Translations under genes and position numbers: made by a program
Shown here: piece after piece, positions 11,920-25,949 of the stretch
Numbering within the stretch: the stretch's first letter is position 1
Layout of the letters: each line of letters starts with the position of its first letter
The notes under the pieces: generated by a model
The model's input: only the letters and a program-made list of their open reading frames with translations
Databases searched by the model: none
What the model was told of the DNA's origin: nothing
DNA from: Mytilus edulis
Taxonomy: Eukaryota
Reading direction: 5' to 3'
NCBI RefSeq assembly: GCF_963676685.1
Contig: NC_092345.1
Location: 22,196,001-22,260,000, forward strand
Length of the DNA: 64,000 nucleotides

Positions 11920-14155
11920 TTATATTGAGTTAAACTATAGTTCTGGTCATTTCAAAGATGACAAGTTTTAAATTTGTCATAGTCAATGAAGAAGAGTAAT
12001 GCTACTGACGTTCGTAATCATAAGCTTGGTATCCTTGATGAGTTTTTTTTTTTTTATAAGTAGTCGATTGACTGTTTTAGTCATATTGGTTGTTTTGTCG
12101 ACGATTGTTACATTTCTTTCTACAGTCTCTAAATACATTTAGTCAAGTTCGTAATCAAATCGTAAAATCAAAAGCCCAAACACATCAAACGAATGCATAT
12201 GGATAACAACAGAGATATTTTTGACTTGGTACAGGCATTTTCTTATGTAGAAAATTGTGGATTAAACCTTGTTTCATAGCGAACACATCGTCAAACAAGA
12301 TGTACAAAGGATTAAAGTTGGTTTGTTATTGGTATTTTGATAAACGAGCGATGGAGATTATGACGTAAAAAGGCCGCTACGGGCCCCAGATGGTGACAGA
12401 TGATGTAGGCTTACAGTTATACTGACTCAATTCCGGTTAATGTTCTGAATATATTTGTCAATTCAAATTATTTAGTTAGCAAGCCCGTTCTACATTAGCA
12501 AAGGAAAAGTACGTCATATCTTATGATACAAAGGAAAGCTTTTAACAATTTATTATAAAATAAAAACGATTGCCGGAACATATATTGAATTTGATGCAAG
12601 TAAATGTCGTTTTTTCAGCCAGTTCGTTAAATTGCGTTTTAGTGCGTTTATATTCCACTAATGCATTTGTTATACGGTGTATTTCGTTTTATAATACAAT
12701 AAAGCACGGGAAATCATCCAACTCTATTTATTTATTATTGAACTGATAGCGATTGTAAAGACTGCAAGTCGAATATTTTAGTATTATGTAACTAAATCAA
12801 TCAACATACGATAGTTTTACTTTATCGGATATATCTCTTACAACCTTTGGCAAAATTTTAAGTTTGGAATTTCTTGTTTAACAGGAAATTGTCTTTTTCT
12901 GATTGTGTAAAAACCGATTTCTTTTCTAAATTCCGATCGCAAATATCTCTCATAACAACGCGTTATAAAAACAAAACACATAAATTGTATCTGATTTTTT
13001 ACAAGCATACCTGAAATCTTAAAGTTGAGATTTTTATTTCTTCTTTTCTCAAAATTTAATTGCCACAAAATGACCTGTTTTCTAATTCGAAAACTTCTTA
13101 TTCTCCAGATTATGATTCCTCGTTTATATTTAGGTCAACTTATACTACCTTAGGTAACAAAACAATAAAAAGAAACTATTGTTTCAGTGAACATAAATAA
13201 ATACAATTCAGTGTCTACTTAATTAATGTATATGCATTTATTCTTCTTGCAACCTATGGCATGTACACTTCATTTGTGTACATTTCCTAGGAGTTTGTTT
13301 TTTTTATAATTTAAGTGCAACTTCAATTTAACCTTTATTTGATATTAAGTCTTAAATGACTTATACCACAGGCATTCAAATACTATACCACAGGCATTCA
13401 AATACTTATAAAAATTCAGTGTTAAAGTTCTTGCGCTTAATACCGTTTCAACTGATTTTCATAGTTTGTTCTTATGTCGTAAAATTTCCCTCTCTCCAAT
13501 AACCTGTTGTTTTAGCGCTCACAACCATATTTAACACAACAGCATTCCTCATTGGCCACTCAAAAGCAAGGAGACTGTTTAACCATGATTTTCGTCGACT
13601 GCTATTGCGAAATAGTAATACTGTTTTTGTTTATTGTTGTTCATAGTATAAATCAGGCATTTAGATTTTCTTGATCCCTATTAATCGGAGAACGAAACTC
13701 AAGCAGTAAACCTAAATATGCAAAAACAATATGTAATATATAAATTATAGTCAGTATCAATATAAAATTGAAGAAATCGTGTGAACACCAGACTTATAAC
13801 TTTCCAACAGAAATCATGTGTAGTAATTGTAAGCAACATTGAGCAATATTCATACCGTAAAGTAATATATTTAGGCGATAGTAGATCACCGAATTCAAAT
13901 CTCGTAAATCATGTAAATGGATTAGAAAAAGACAACTCAATGTAAATGGATAAGAAAATGACAAATTAATGTAAGTAACAAAAAGATGGTGAATGAACTC
14001 ACAAGGAGAGAGACATGGGTGCATCTACATGGTAAGCGTTTCCTACTTCCAATGCATTACCCGCCATTCGAATATACACTCAAAATATCACACTGGGAAA
14101 GGAGACACAATCGGTAAAATTGCCAATCAGACGACTTAACGGATATTTGAAGATA

Positions 14156-14744
14156 TAGAGTAGGGCGCCCATAGTCGCCTTTTTATGATTTTGGGGTGTA
14201 AAAACTTCAAAGGATAGCTGAAATGGAAGAAATATGCCGGATAAATTATTTTTTTTAAACGAATAGTATTATTATTTAAGCTATGAAAATTTCGGCCACT
14301 TAACACAAAGGACTGAAAAACGAACAACGATTTTCGGCAAATTTCCTGAATATAAAACACGATTTCAAAGAAGTATTTCTTAGTAATTCTTTGACTGTTT
14401 GGCCTAAAGTTCAGTTCTTTTCACCTTTGAAATGTCTGTTATTTATCAACAATTAAATTGATTTGATAAATATTGTTTAAAGCTGCAGTTATTTGGTTTT
14501 AAATAGATGTGTAAAAACGGAGAATATGTGTCCCCCTTTGATAAAACATCAGGAAATTTCAAATAGCCTTTAATCTAACTTTTCAGATAATTTTTTTCAA
14601 AAGAAACACGTTTTAAAGCTAAGCATATTTCGCCTTTAAAGTTATCTTCATATAGAAATATCAGTATACTGCATAAACATAATGACCTGAAAATAAACTG
14701 CAGAAAACATGGAAAGATATGGAGAAAATGAGCACCCCACTCTA
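14156..14744. mobile_element. Non-autonomous TIR element (MITE), ~590 bp
   Basis: Left TAGAGTAGGGCGCCCAT vs reverse complement of the right end TAGAGTGGGGTGCTCAT (14/17 identical). Confidence 0.55.
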
Positions 14745-14819
14745 GAATTAAAAATGTTGCTAAAGAGATAAGACACCTTGACGGTCAACCAAATGAATAT
14801 GTGTTGATGATAATAAAGT

Positions 14820-15075
14820 GTTGATTTCAGTCGTTCTTTTGACTCTGTTAAGGTAGTTGTTTCGTAACGAGCACATTTATCTTTACGCATAGTGTGAACT
14901 TTCACGATCGTAACGTTTAAACTGAGATATGTAAATGCCATACGACAGAGTGTGATACCGCTGATAAGGTAACTTGACAATCGGAAAGTTGCAATCGCCA
15001 CATTTGTCACAGATTTTAGTGTGAAGTTCACGGTAAATATGTTCCATTACCGAAGAACATATCAAGATATTAAGC
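14820..15075 (-). mobile_element. Degraded PLE RT C-terminal fragment
   Basis: ELHTKICDKCGDCNFPIVKLPY...SYGIYISQFKRYDR resembles the PLE consensus L.TKLYDKRDDFNFPIVNFP...AYGVYISQLIRYAR. Confidence 0.65.
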
Positions 15076-16674
15076 AGGCCTTTTATATAAGGTTGTATTC
15101 TTAATATTTGTATTTTAATGCTTATCTTTAATAAGGCTTTTTATGAATTCTGCTTCAAATGAGTACAAAAACAATTGGTCGATAGTGGTGCACAACAGGT
15201 ACTAATTGGAGTACCAATTGTTTTTACAATATCGATTCATCAAACTCAACAAGTATTTTGTCTATAAACAAAAGTTCATGTTAACTATAATGTTTTCGCG
15301 TCAAATATTTCTTTTGTATTCGAGAAAAGCATTTGACCTTTTTATCTCATGTTTCTTTATCCATCCAATTCGGGTATCAACAACAAATTTGCTACTATTT
15401 CACATACGCCCTTCACGATTCTGTTTCCGGATTAGTCTTCAGAGTGTAATGATTGCCATGTTGTTAAAATTAAGTATATGTACTGTAAATCATGGTTACA
15501 CCTAGTACTGATATTAAATTAAAAATGTTATACATTGAAACCTGATCTTATTTGCAGAAGTCGCCGAGAACTATAGCATATGGAATCTGATAATATTGAC
15601 CATAATTAAAACCAAATGCAAAAGGTTTAAATTAGTACGAGTAAAAGGTTAAATGTATTATACACACCATGTACGCATATTTTTCTAAGTAAATGAGGAT
15701 TACAGATTTTAGATATAAATTATTGAAAATGTTATAATGTTTTAACTCTAATATAAACTCAAATTATCATTGTGCATTTTCTTCATTCATTTAGTACGTA
15801 AAAAATGTTTGTTCGCCTATTTTACAACTCGTTTACATTTTTTCCAATGAATGCAGAGGTTTGTCTCAAGACTTCCACTACATTTATCAAATTTATGCGA
15901 TCAATCAAATCACAAGCCTCTCATCTGAAGCATTGGTGAGTTGTACGAAGGGCTATTGCCATTAGGGTCACAATGTAATTCCGGACACGTTCGCTAGAGC
16001 AACATGATGTCATAGGTTTGTGTTTACTGGGGCATAGAGCGACGTGTAATAGTTCTAAAGCGAGTTTGAATTCGTCAACTATGTTCAATAGGAACAAGCA
16101 ATGCTTATCATTTGTAATGAACTCGTCTGTTTAATGATTTATTCAGAACATATGTAAAATATACCATTACTTAACCAGTGTTCTTGAGGATTTGATCTAC
16201 TTTTGAATATATGTGTTGTGTTAACTGATCTTATTCGTATAGTACATTTTATTTTAATGTTTTACTAAAATGGATAATTCAATAACCGCATTTATTATTT
16301 TAAAAGCATCAACAGAATAATGTTACCAGTAACTCTAAGGTGCCGAAGCCAAATCAACGCATCGCTCCAGGGTACGTAAACAAACTGCAAATTTGAATTA
16401 GTTTCTCTAGCGAAAGAATGGATTTAGCTGTCATGAATTATATTCAGTGGGGGAAAGTGGACTTCTCTTCTGCAAAACTGTTTTTAAATCAGATTCGCTG
16501 TCAATTTGACAAAATGTCGGACATTGTAAGAGTTGCATGTGAACAAAATAGGAATTTTCACAACTGATAAAATGTCCCACAAATATATGAAACATCTTTT
16601 TTTTCTCATTCTATATTCATTTCCTGGTACTACTCTAATTTCCTATACGTATCAACTTTCTTATTTGAAAGTAC

Positions 16675-17070
16675 AATAACAAAAATACTGAGCACCGAGG
16701 AAAAATCAAAACGGAAATTCCCTAATCAAATTTCAAATTCAAAGCTGACACACATCAACTGAATGGATAACTGAAATGAATGAGTGGTTTAAACGACCTA
16801 TAATTCTCATGAGGTACAATCATTTTCTTATGTAGAAATGGTGGACTAAACCAGGTTTTAAAACTAATATAACCTCCTACTTATATGACAGTCGTACAAA
16901 ATTTCATTACAATGACATCAATATGTGAACAAAACAAACAGACGTAATAAGTAGAAAAGTCAGAAAATAGGGGTACAGTGGTTAAAATTGTGTTAAAAAC
17001 CAAAATGGCATATAGACAAAGCTCAAAAGCATAAACACGAAAGAGAAGAATACAAAAATTTACATGGTTC
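16675..17070 (+). repeat. High-copy interspersed repeat family B (aaacacatcaaacgaatggataacaactgtc...gtagaaaatggtggattaaacc)
   Basis: Related copies at ~12160-12280, 46720-46890, 49000-49190, 50730-50853 and 52965-53060. Confidence 0.7.
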
Positions 17071-17524
17071 CAATCCTCTCAGGAAAAGTTTACCTTAGAT
17101 GAGTATGCAAATTTGTATATGTCTCATTTGGTCGTACATTACTTTACATGCTTTACTTGTTTAGATGTAACACAAGAGTTCCTGGTTAAGGTAGATGAAG
17201 ACATTTAAAACTCTACAGATGCACGTTCGTGTTGTTAATATTGAAAATAAAAGTATGATGCCACGAGAAGCCAAAATGTCTTAATATGATGAAGTGGAGA
17301 TAACTCAAATTAACCATTTAGAAAAGACATGTCCAGTTTCAAAATAAACGTCTGTGCAACCAGGCATAAGCGTGATGCGTCGTAAAGGGTCTACTTCATC
17401 TTTACCACCAACCTTTGATTTACTAGAAAATCAAAATCAGAATTGACACAGCGCTGCATCACACTGGAAGCTCACCTGCATAGTATTTGTGACCTTTAAG
17501 TACTGTTAAGTGAATGTCCACAAC

Positions 17525-18220
17525 TCGCAAATTCTAAGTTTGGTTCACTATATTGAACGCATGTATCCCTAAATGATACAACAGAAACAGTTAAGTCTGT
17601 TTCAAATCTTGAAATACATCTAGAAATTAAGAACGAGGATCGATTGACAACAAAAATTTACGACGAAATTGATGATTTCAACTTATCATGTGTGAACTTT
17701 CCATTTCTATGTAGCAGATTCGAGCAGCGCTTGCATATAAGGTATATATCTCCCAATTGATACGGTTTTCTAGAGTTTGTATTTCTTGAAGTTAGTTACT
17801 TCCAAGGCAGCTATCTACCAATAAGTTCTACCTAGTGAAGTTAATGTCATGCCAATAAAATTTTACGAAAGTTTTCAAAAGTTGGTTTGACAATTTGGCC
17901 GTTATTTAATATCTTTTGCACATATGAAGAATATGTTCTAATCACAATGTGACATCACAAAATTATCGTAGAATTTGGACTTATATGAGCCGCACCGTAA
18001 ATGCTAATTATTGGAGCTAGATCTGCTAAGCGTTCCCCAAAGCTCCTGAATTCAAACCAATTTTTTGTGAAGTTCTATTTGCTTAATCATTAGTTTTCTA
18101 TGTTGTGTTTTGCAAATTGCTAATTTGTAATTTTTAGTCGGTTTTATGTATTGACATGGCGTTGTCAGTTTGTCATCACTAGTTTGAATATTCCTTTGGT
18201 ATCTTCCATCACTCTTTTCA
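17525..18220 (+). mobile_element. PLE RT C-terminal fragment followed by its putative 3' tail (repeat family C)
   Basis: Reads DTTETVKSVSNLEIHLEIKNEDRLTTKIYDEIDDFNLSCVNFPFLCS...VYISQLIRFSR, then ggagctagatctgct...ctttggtatctt. The tail recurs alone at 5196-5346 (+) and at 39750-39980 and 57480-57700 (-). Confidence 0.7.
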
Positions 18221-18816
18221 TATTTACTGGTACCATTTTAAGTTTGCAGTTTATTTGGATCAAAAAGATGATGTTCCAGACACACAAAAAAGCATAACAA
18301 TAACTCAATTCTTTGGACCCAGGTGTTAAAGGTCATATTAAAACCAAGCACTGCTACTACACATTCATACTAAATATCATAACTCAATGCCAAAATTTTG
18401 GTTGGGACAAGGTTGTATGAGAGCTTGAGGAAGAACAAATACTACTGAAAGATAATGTCTTCCTTCATTGAAGGGAGACATAATTTTATTTCATTGACTT
18501 ATAAACAATGATAAAGGAGTATTACTGTACTAATAGTAAACAGAAAACCAATTTTTACAATATATATCAAATGTTAACAATTGTACACATTATTATAAAT
18601 AACAAGAGTATCATACATTTTTTACATCATTTATAAAAAACAATTACTGGGGGCTGCATGCTGATATATAAAGCATCCATCAGTTTCTGTTGATCTGAAA
18701 GATGTTGGGTATAGGTCAAGTAGAAAACAACCATACAAATAACACAATAATTGAAATACACCAATTGTGTTCATTAAAGTATTCTTAAAAAAAAGTCACA
18801 GCCTCAATTTTTTTTT

Positions 18817-21800
18817 TTATTCCTGTTTCAATGTTTGTTTCTGATGACCATTATGTATGTTTTTGTCCAATATGTTTTTCAGGTTAAAATAGCCAAAAGA
18901 AGCGTTTGCTGACCATAAGGACATTCCAAACATTCCAAAGTAAATATGCCACAAAGTCCATGATGATGTTGTAAACTGTGCATATATCTGTGCTGTTACA
19001 AGTCCACTATTTCCCTATAATAAATGGAAAATGTCTAATTTACAACATATCATCATAAAATAACACTTCAAAACGATATAAAAACATTTTATAAATTAAA
19101 TGTGTTCAAAGCACTTTTCTGGGTTTACCTTCATCAGGAGTTTTTAAATTAGAGTATTTGAAAGCCAAAGATATACAAGTCAGGGGAATTACTGAAATAA
19201 GTGATTTATAAATCACTTATTGAAGTAGCAGATTCCAAATTTTGTCACAAATTGTGATTTGTATTTTTTTCAAAATTTTAAACATAAACAAGTACTTGTT
19301 GACATCCCTATTTAAAACTATAAGAAGACTGTAATTCAAATGATGAGCATTTCACATATCACTGGCATTCACACAGATTTTAAATCTTTTATCTATGATG
19401 AGTTCTATTTAAAGGTTGGCATCACAAAACAGTTACTTCTATCATATGAAACCATATTTTATTGACTCTGATTTAATTTCCATACACATATAGATTCCCA
19501 TTACTAAGTATACGCAAAGATGTAAGAGAATCTCATCCTGATTGTGTGAACTTAGAAAAGACATAACATGATGTTTCATGCTTTTGTTATTGATCCAACA
19601 TTGTATGTAATTTATGAAATCATCTTTTTAACATTTAATATATTCTTTAAAGAGATTTCCAAAGAACCATTTCTTTCCTTCAACTACTGATGTATATATC
19701 CTTACCATAACCCTGGACACAAAATGCCAAATTTTATCAATGTTCTCTGAAAACTGCAAACTTTTCCAAGCAATTATTCCTGTATTGAACACAAATGCAG
19801 CCATCATTCTAATCAATGTACAATGTAGATGATTCAGAGTCTTTGTAGTCTAAAATATAGGATTTTAAAAACTTTGGAAATCTGGAGAAAGTTATATTAT
19901 ATAAATACTAAAATGCTCGCTGAGCACAGCCTGATACAAATGCAAAGGTTGAACCCTGAACAGAAGGGCCAAAATTTGGACATAATATTCAAGATTGATA
20001 CTGTCTGATTTTGAATTGTGATCAAATTTTTACATAATACAGGTTTCTGACACAAAAAAAATGAGGTCAGAGATCTAAAACAATATAATGTGCAATACTC
20101 TGCAATTGAAGATTTCTTCTTGAAAATTTTTTGAAAAGAAATTATGAACCCCTTTAAAATACCCCCCCCCCCCCCCCATCCAATGGAGCAATTACACCCA
20201 AACTCAATCTCAGCCCTCCTTTGTAGTATGGAACCTTGAAGAACAATTTTAGAGAGATCCATACACTAAAACACAAGTAATGGTCTAGAAACTACAAAAA
20301 TTCTTGTTTTTGGCCCCCTACTTCCTATACTGTTGGTACCATAACCCCCAAAATCAATTCCAGCCTTCCTTTTGTGGTATTGAACCTTCTTGTAAAATGT
20401 CATAGAGATTCATTCACTTAAACTTAATTTATTATCCAAAAACAAAGTGTGTCTTTGACGAAAATTGGTATTAAACAAATAATAATGAATACACAGTAAA
20501 ATGTATGGTTTTTATTATATCTAAATGTTAATTATTACCTGAAATCCAAGCATTAACCTTGGCATTACGAAGAAACTAATGCCAAACAAAAAACACTGTA
20601 CAAAGTCAGACTTCAGATAAAAATCAGCTTTAGATAAAGTGGTGGTCACCTTTCCCAAATCTGTAACTTTCAATGAGTAAACAAAGTTTCCAAGCAACCA
20701 TAAACAGTCTCCATAGATACCAAACAGAAGAGCCTACAACGAAAAATATAACACATTAAATATGGCATTACCAAATATAGAAAAACTTATTATTACCATG
20801 ATAACAAATGTTAACTTTCACAAATTAATTCATTTTCGCACATGATTTTTTTTCTTTTAAACAGTTATAGTACATGTTTCTTAACAAAAAAAAATTGTTA
20901 ACATTGCTCTATCAATTCACTTATTTTGTACCTGATCCATGTTTATCAATGTCACAATCAAGTAAATGTCGTCACCTACTTGTAAGTTGTTAGCTAGCGG
21001 TATATTTCACTTAATAAAGTAGTATTTGTCAAGAAAGTATTGCAGATTCTTTATAAATGTAAAAACAAAACGTCCATAAGTACTTAATTTACTATATAAT
21101 AATTTTCATTTCTTTATTATTACAAAAAACTTGTTTGATATGACTTGATGATGTTTGTACAGAACAAAAAATATAAATTCCATCTTTATGCAAAATATGA
21201 TAATTTTAAACTCCATTAATTCAAGCAATGTCTTTGGATGGCAGACATGTATATAAGCAGTGTTTTGAACTGAACTTTCAAAGGGAAGATCACTAAGGAC
21301 AAACAACAAAGTATGTGTATTCACTGTAAACCTACCTACCCTAATTTTTATCCCCTACCCTAAAGTTTTCGAGGCAATTTTTAATTAACCACTGTTAAAG
21401 TCACAATGTTGCTACCATAGACTCAATGTAAAAAAAATAATACCTACCTACCTACCCTATTTTTTTTCAGCATGTGACAGTAAACACACATTCTTTTTAA
21501 TTTGGCCTGAATATTAATTCAGAAGATCAACAGGATTAAAATTATAAATTTTATGTACGTTCTCATTTGATCCATAAATAATTCTATATGATTGTCTTAG
21601 ATGTTTTATTGTAGCATGCTCACCTCAAATAGTTAACTTCTCTTTTGTCATTTATTTTCAAATAAATTTTGCAAAAGATTTATTTTAAAAAAAAGGCAAT
21701 ATTGACATTATTTATCTTTTTTCTTTTGAATCAATAGCTTTATCATATCTAATAAACTTAGGATTATAAAAAAAAAACATCATGAAGGTATCTGCCATTA

Positions 21801-24800
21801 TTGTTTAAAAAAGGTCAATTTAATTTTCAGTTTTTTTAAGTTGAAATTTCTTATTTTTTTCAATAAAAGAAGATTCACAACAGTACAGAAAAAAATTACA
21901 GGTCTCTTTATATCTGTGAAGTGAAATCACATATAAAACTTAAAAATAATCAAACACTGATGTCACTCAAAGAAAAGACACATCATTGTTATAAACAAGA
22001 GTGCACACGTTGAAATGTCTCGCCTTCTTTACTAATCATTGATATTATGTTCATACATGTAGTCCTAAATATAAAGCTTTATAACAACTGTCACATAATC
22101 TAAATTCTTGGCACTGCCTATTTCTATTACCCCTAATTAATAATTATGTCAGTACTGTAAAATATTTGTGTATCCTATTTATTACACTTTCAATGATTTC
22201 TCATTTATTTTCAGGCTAATAACATTATTTGTTATATCAACCTTTTTGCACTTAAAAAACTTTTACATAGAAGCAATATACATGATTTAAAATGGTTTTG
22301 TGTTATGAATTCTTACACTGTAAACAGATCTAGGATTGAAAATAAATGGAGTCTCTGCAAAACATTTATATTTTAATAAAAAAAATACCTGTCACAATAT
22401 ATTTGTGCAAAGTGGACTTTACATGTTTAAACCCGCCGCATTATATATGTATGTGCCTGTCCCAAGTCAGGAACTTGTAATTCAGTGGTTGTCGTTTGTT
22501 CATGTGTTACATATTTGTTTTTTGTTCATTTTTTTATATAAATAAGGCAGTTAGTTTTCTTGTTTGAATTGTTTTACATTGTCAATCTGGGGCCTTTTAT
22601 AGCTGACTATGCAGTATGGGCTTTGCTCATTGTTGAAGGCTGTATGGTGACCTATGGTTGTTAATTTCTGTGTCATTTTTGTCTTGTGGAGAGTTGTCTC
22701 ATTAGCAATCATACCACATCTTCTTTTTTATATTTAGTAGTTTTGGGTAAACACAAATACATTAATTAGTTATAAAATTTAACTTCATTCTTTAAATAAA
22801 AGCACTTAATTATTCTCTGACAGGCCCTCCACTATTTCTAAATAAAAACAGAATGTACAATGATTTATCATTTACCTGTTTATTCCACTTGATGGATTTT
22901 GAAACTTGAAAATAACCATGCACCCTTGCCATAACATATAGTGACACTCCCTGCAAAAGTAATTAAACAAACTGATATAAAGTTGATAGACTTTCATAGA
23001 AAATAAAAATTATTATCAAATAAATCAATTGAATAAATTATTGAAAATTTATCTTCGCTACACAAATGGAGACCTCCAATGTGTTGTCGCATTACTCATG
23101 TACACTAATATTAGTCCAGTCAAACTAAGTTTGAACCTCAAACTAATTCAAACAGAATCTAGTTCTAATCTATAGCAGTTAGCACCAAAATATACATTAT
23201 ATACACAGAAAAAAACTCATAAAATCTAACTTGAGGAAAACTCAAAATCAGCATTTTTAATTTCCTATTAAAATTAACATAGGAAAGGGAAATAACTCTG
23301 CAAAAATGAGTTTTTTTTTTTGTTTGTCAGTTTTTGGTTGATTTTCTTAAAAACCATGTAAAGTATGATACTTTGATGGGGTTATAAGTTGGTAACTTTT
23401 ATTTGACTACATTATAAAATCACCTGCTAATGAAATGTACAAAACCAAAATGTTACAGGTATTTTTTAGCTTTTTTGCACAATTTTCCTTAAAGAAATTG
23501 CAAATTTATGGCTTTGTGACCATTTTGAAAAATTCATTTGAATATTTGGATTGTTTATGTCTATAATTTATTTTTGTTCAGCATCTACCTTGTTTAAAGA
23601 TGATTTAAACCACAAAAAGAAGAATAGATGTTTAATTATTTTTTTTTTAAATTTTAGATGCTTTACCTTCACAAGTTGAAAAATCAAACTACAAAAATGT
23701 ATTGAATTATGAAATCTAGGTTAAAGATATGAAAACCCCTTTAAAGTTGTTTGTTATACTCTAAAGACGGCTAAAATAACAAGAATCAATTCATTCTGTT
23801 GAATACAAGCGGTAAAGTTATAAATTTTGTATCAATTTTTATTGGTATTTCTGCCCTTTTTGCAGAGTTATCTCTCATTTCAATGGTTTTTTTTTTAGTT
23901 TCCCTCAAGTGAGATATTCTTGGACTTTTTTCTGTGTATATTTAGGGTACAATGCTAAAGATTAAAACTTAAAAATCTTCTGTTGCAATTACTATAAGGT
24001 AAGGGTAACATTTATGCTATATTGACTGGACTATATAGCCAATTGTCTGAACTGTGGTGGATTGTTGTTTCAGTCGCAATCATACCATACATGTATATCC
24101 TGTTTTCAATTAATCAGTTTATTTCATTTCAAACATTATGCATCAATATAAGTTTTGCTAACTAAGCTACAAATACACATTGAATCGTTTCAAAGTTTTC
24201 ATATGACATATGACATATAAAAAAAAACAAGGAGAAAAATGATTAAAACTCATTTCTGCAACAGGTCTGCTATTTTTGCAAAATTTATACTCCATGAGCA
24301 ATTTTAAGCACATGAGAAACTTCAGCTCCTCTTTTATGTCATAAGCATTTTGAATCTACTAATTTAATGTTTGAATGAATACGCATTTGCGTAGGTACCC
24401 TTTTATTTCATTTGAATGCTTGTTTTAAAGTGTTCAGTTGATAAAAATAAAGGAAAAAAAAGAATATCTAGTAATAAAACCATAAAAATTTAAGAAATCA
24501 GATATACATGTACCAAGTTTACCCCAGTCCTCACCTGCATATGCAGTCATTAAGTCAAGAGATTTGTTTATTAATCTGAATCAGTTATACAATCCTTATT
24601 CTGGTGTATGGACTACGATGATACTCACCACAACCCTCCCCCACAGTATAGCACTTTTAATGTTTTGATCTTTTGACTTCCTTGCTAGCCAAGCAAACAT
24701 TGTACTACTGAGAAGCATTATACCACACATTCTGTACATATGTAGATGGACGTCATCTAACTCGCCTTTTGTCTGGAAATAAAACATTTGAAACTAAATA

Positions 24801-25949
24801 GAGTTTAATTCAATATGGTAATTTCTGTGATTTTGCATTGAAATATATTTTGTATTAGGCCAGACAGGGCTGTGACTACAATTACTACTTTGAGGCAAAT
24901 GTCTCATGTTGTTAATTTAAAAAAATATAAATGATAAGTTGAAACAAAATTAAAGCTCTTCATATCTTTATATCAAATTGTTTTCACAATGAGTGTCTGC
25001 AAGAACCAACTTCTGTTCATACTCTGAAGTCGCCTTTCTTTTTTTTTTATCAGTGTTTCTCATCTATTTTTAATTTTAAAGTTAATTATCCATTGTTTGT
25101 CGTTGTGCGTCCAACATCTCAATCTCTGTACAGCACTCGTTTCCTTTACGTATACTTAGTACACTACAATACAATGACACACATATTAAGTGTAGTGATA
25201 CGAAGTACATGTAAGTACGGAACGGATGTGAGCTCTGCGCCGTTGATTGCTAACATCTGTACCCTGGTTTGTCTTTTGCTCATTGATTGCCCTTCTGTTT
25301 GAATTATTATTTTCAATACTTTATTTGACATGGTAAATAAAATTTCATTATGTTTTAAAAATGAAAGTATAAATTTGTCCATCTTTGACTTTTTTCAATA
25401 ATTTTACAAGGTTCTTGTAAACAATCTTGTGACTTGTGATCTTTACATCATAGGAAGTCATCACAGCAAATAAAATAAAAACAGCCTTTTAATTATAACT
25501 AATAAAAAAGCGACTTATTCTCCAATCCAACGGCAAGTTTTTGTTAATCTCCATATTGGAAGGGATTCAACAAAATATGCCACACCCACATGTGCCACAT
25601 CCCCCTTCCCCCTTTCCATTCTCCACACCATAGTAGATACAATTACATTCAGCCTTTAGCTACATTTATTTGGTTCAATCAACCGTTGTGTAAAAGCTGG
25701 CCGTTTCGATGTACAAAACAAAATCTTAATCTTCCCTTACAATACAAGTCACTGACCATTGATGACCGTTACATGAACCTTTTTATGATAGCTCACCTGC
25801 CGGCTTAGGAAATGTTTTGGGGAACAGACCATCGTTAAACCGAAAACCGTTGTAATGATTGTGTCTGCCAATATCCAAACATCAACACCCCATGGAATCA
25901 ATACGACAAACATAAAGGTTACTATTGCTGACGGTAAATAATCTGTCAT
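18817..25949 (-). CDS. Uncharacterised 302-aa polytopic membrane protein with internal 2x ~4-TM duplication (TP53I11-like architecture, tentative)
   Basis: Exons 25797-25949, 24629-24772, 22876-22950, 20539-20733, 19706-19849, 18817-19014; all GT-AG, all phase 0, open frame to TAA; alternating hydrophobic helices. Confidence 0.85.
23112..24033. mobile_element. Non-autonomous TIR element (~920 bp) in intron 2 of the membrane-protein gene
   Basis: Perfect 12-bp TIR TAGTCCAGTCAA / TTGACTGGACTA, flanked by TAT on both sides. Confidence 0.6.
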
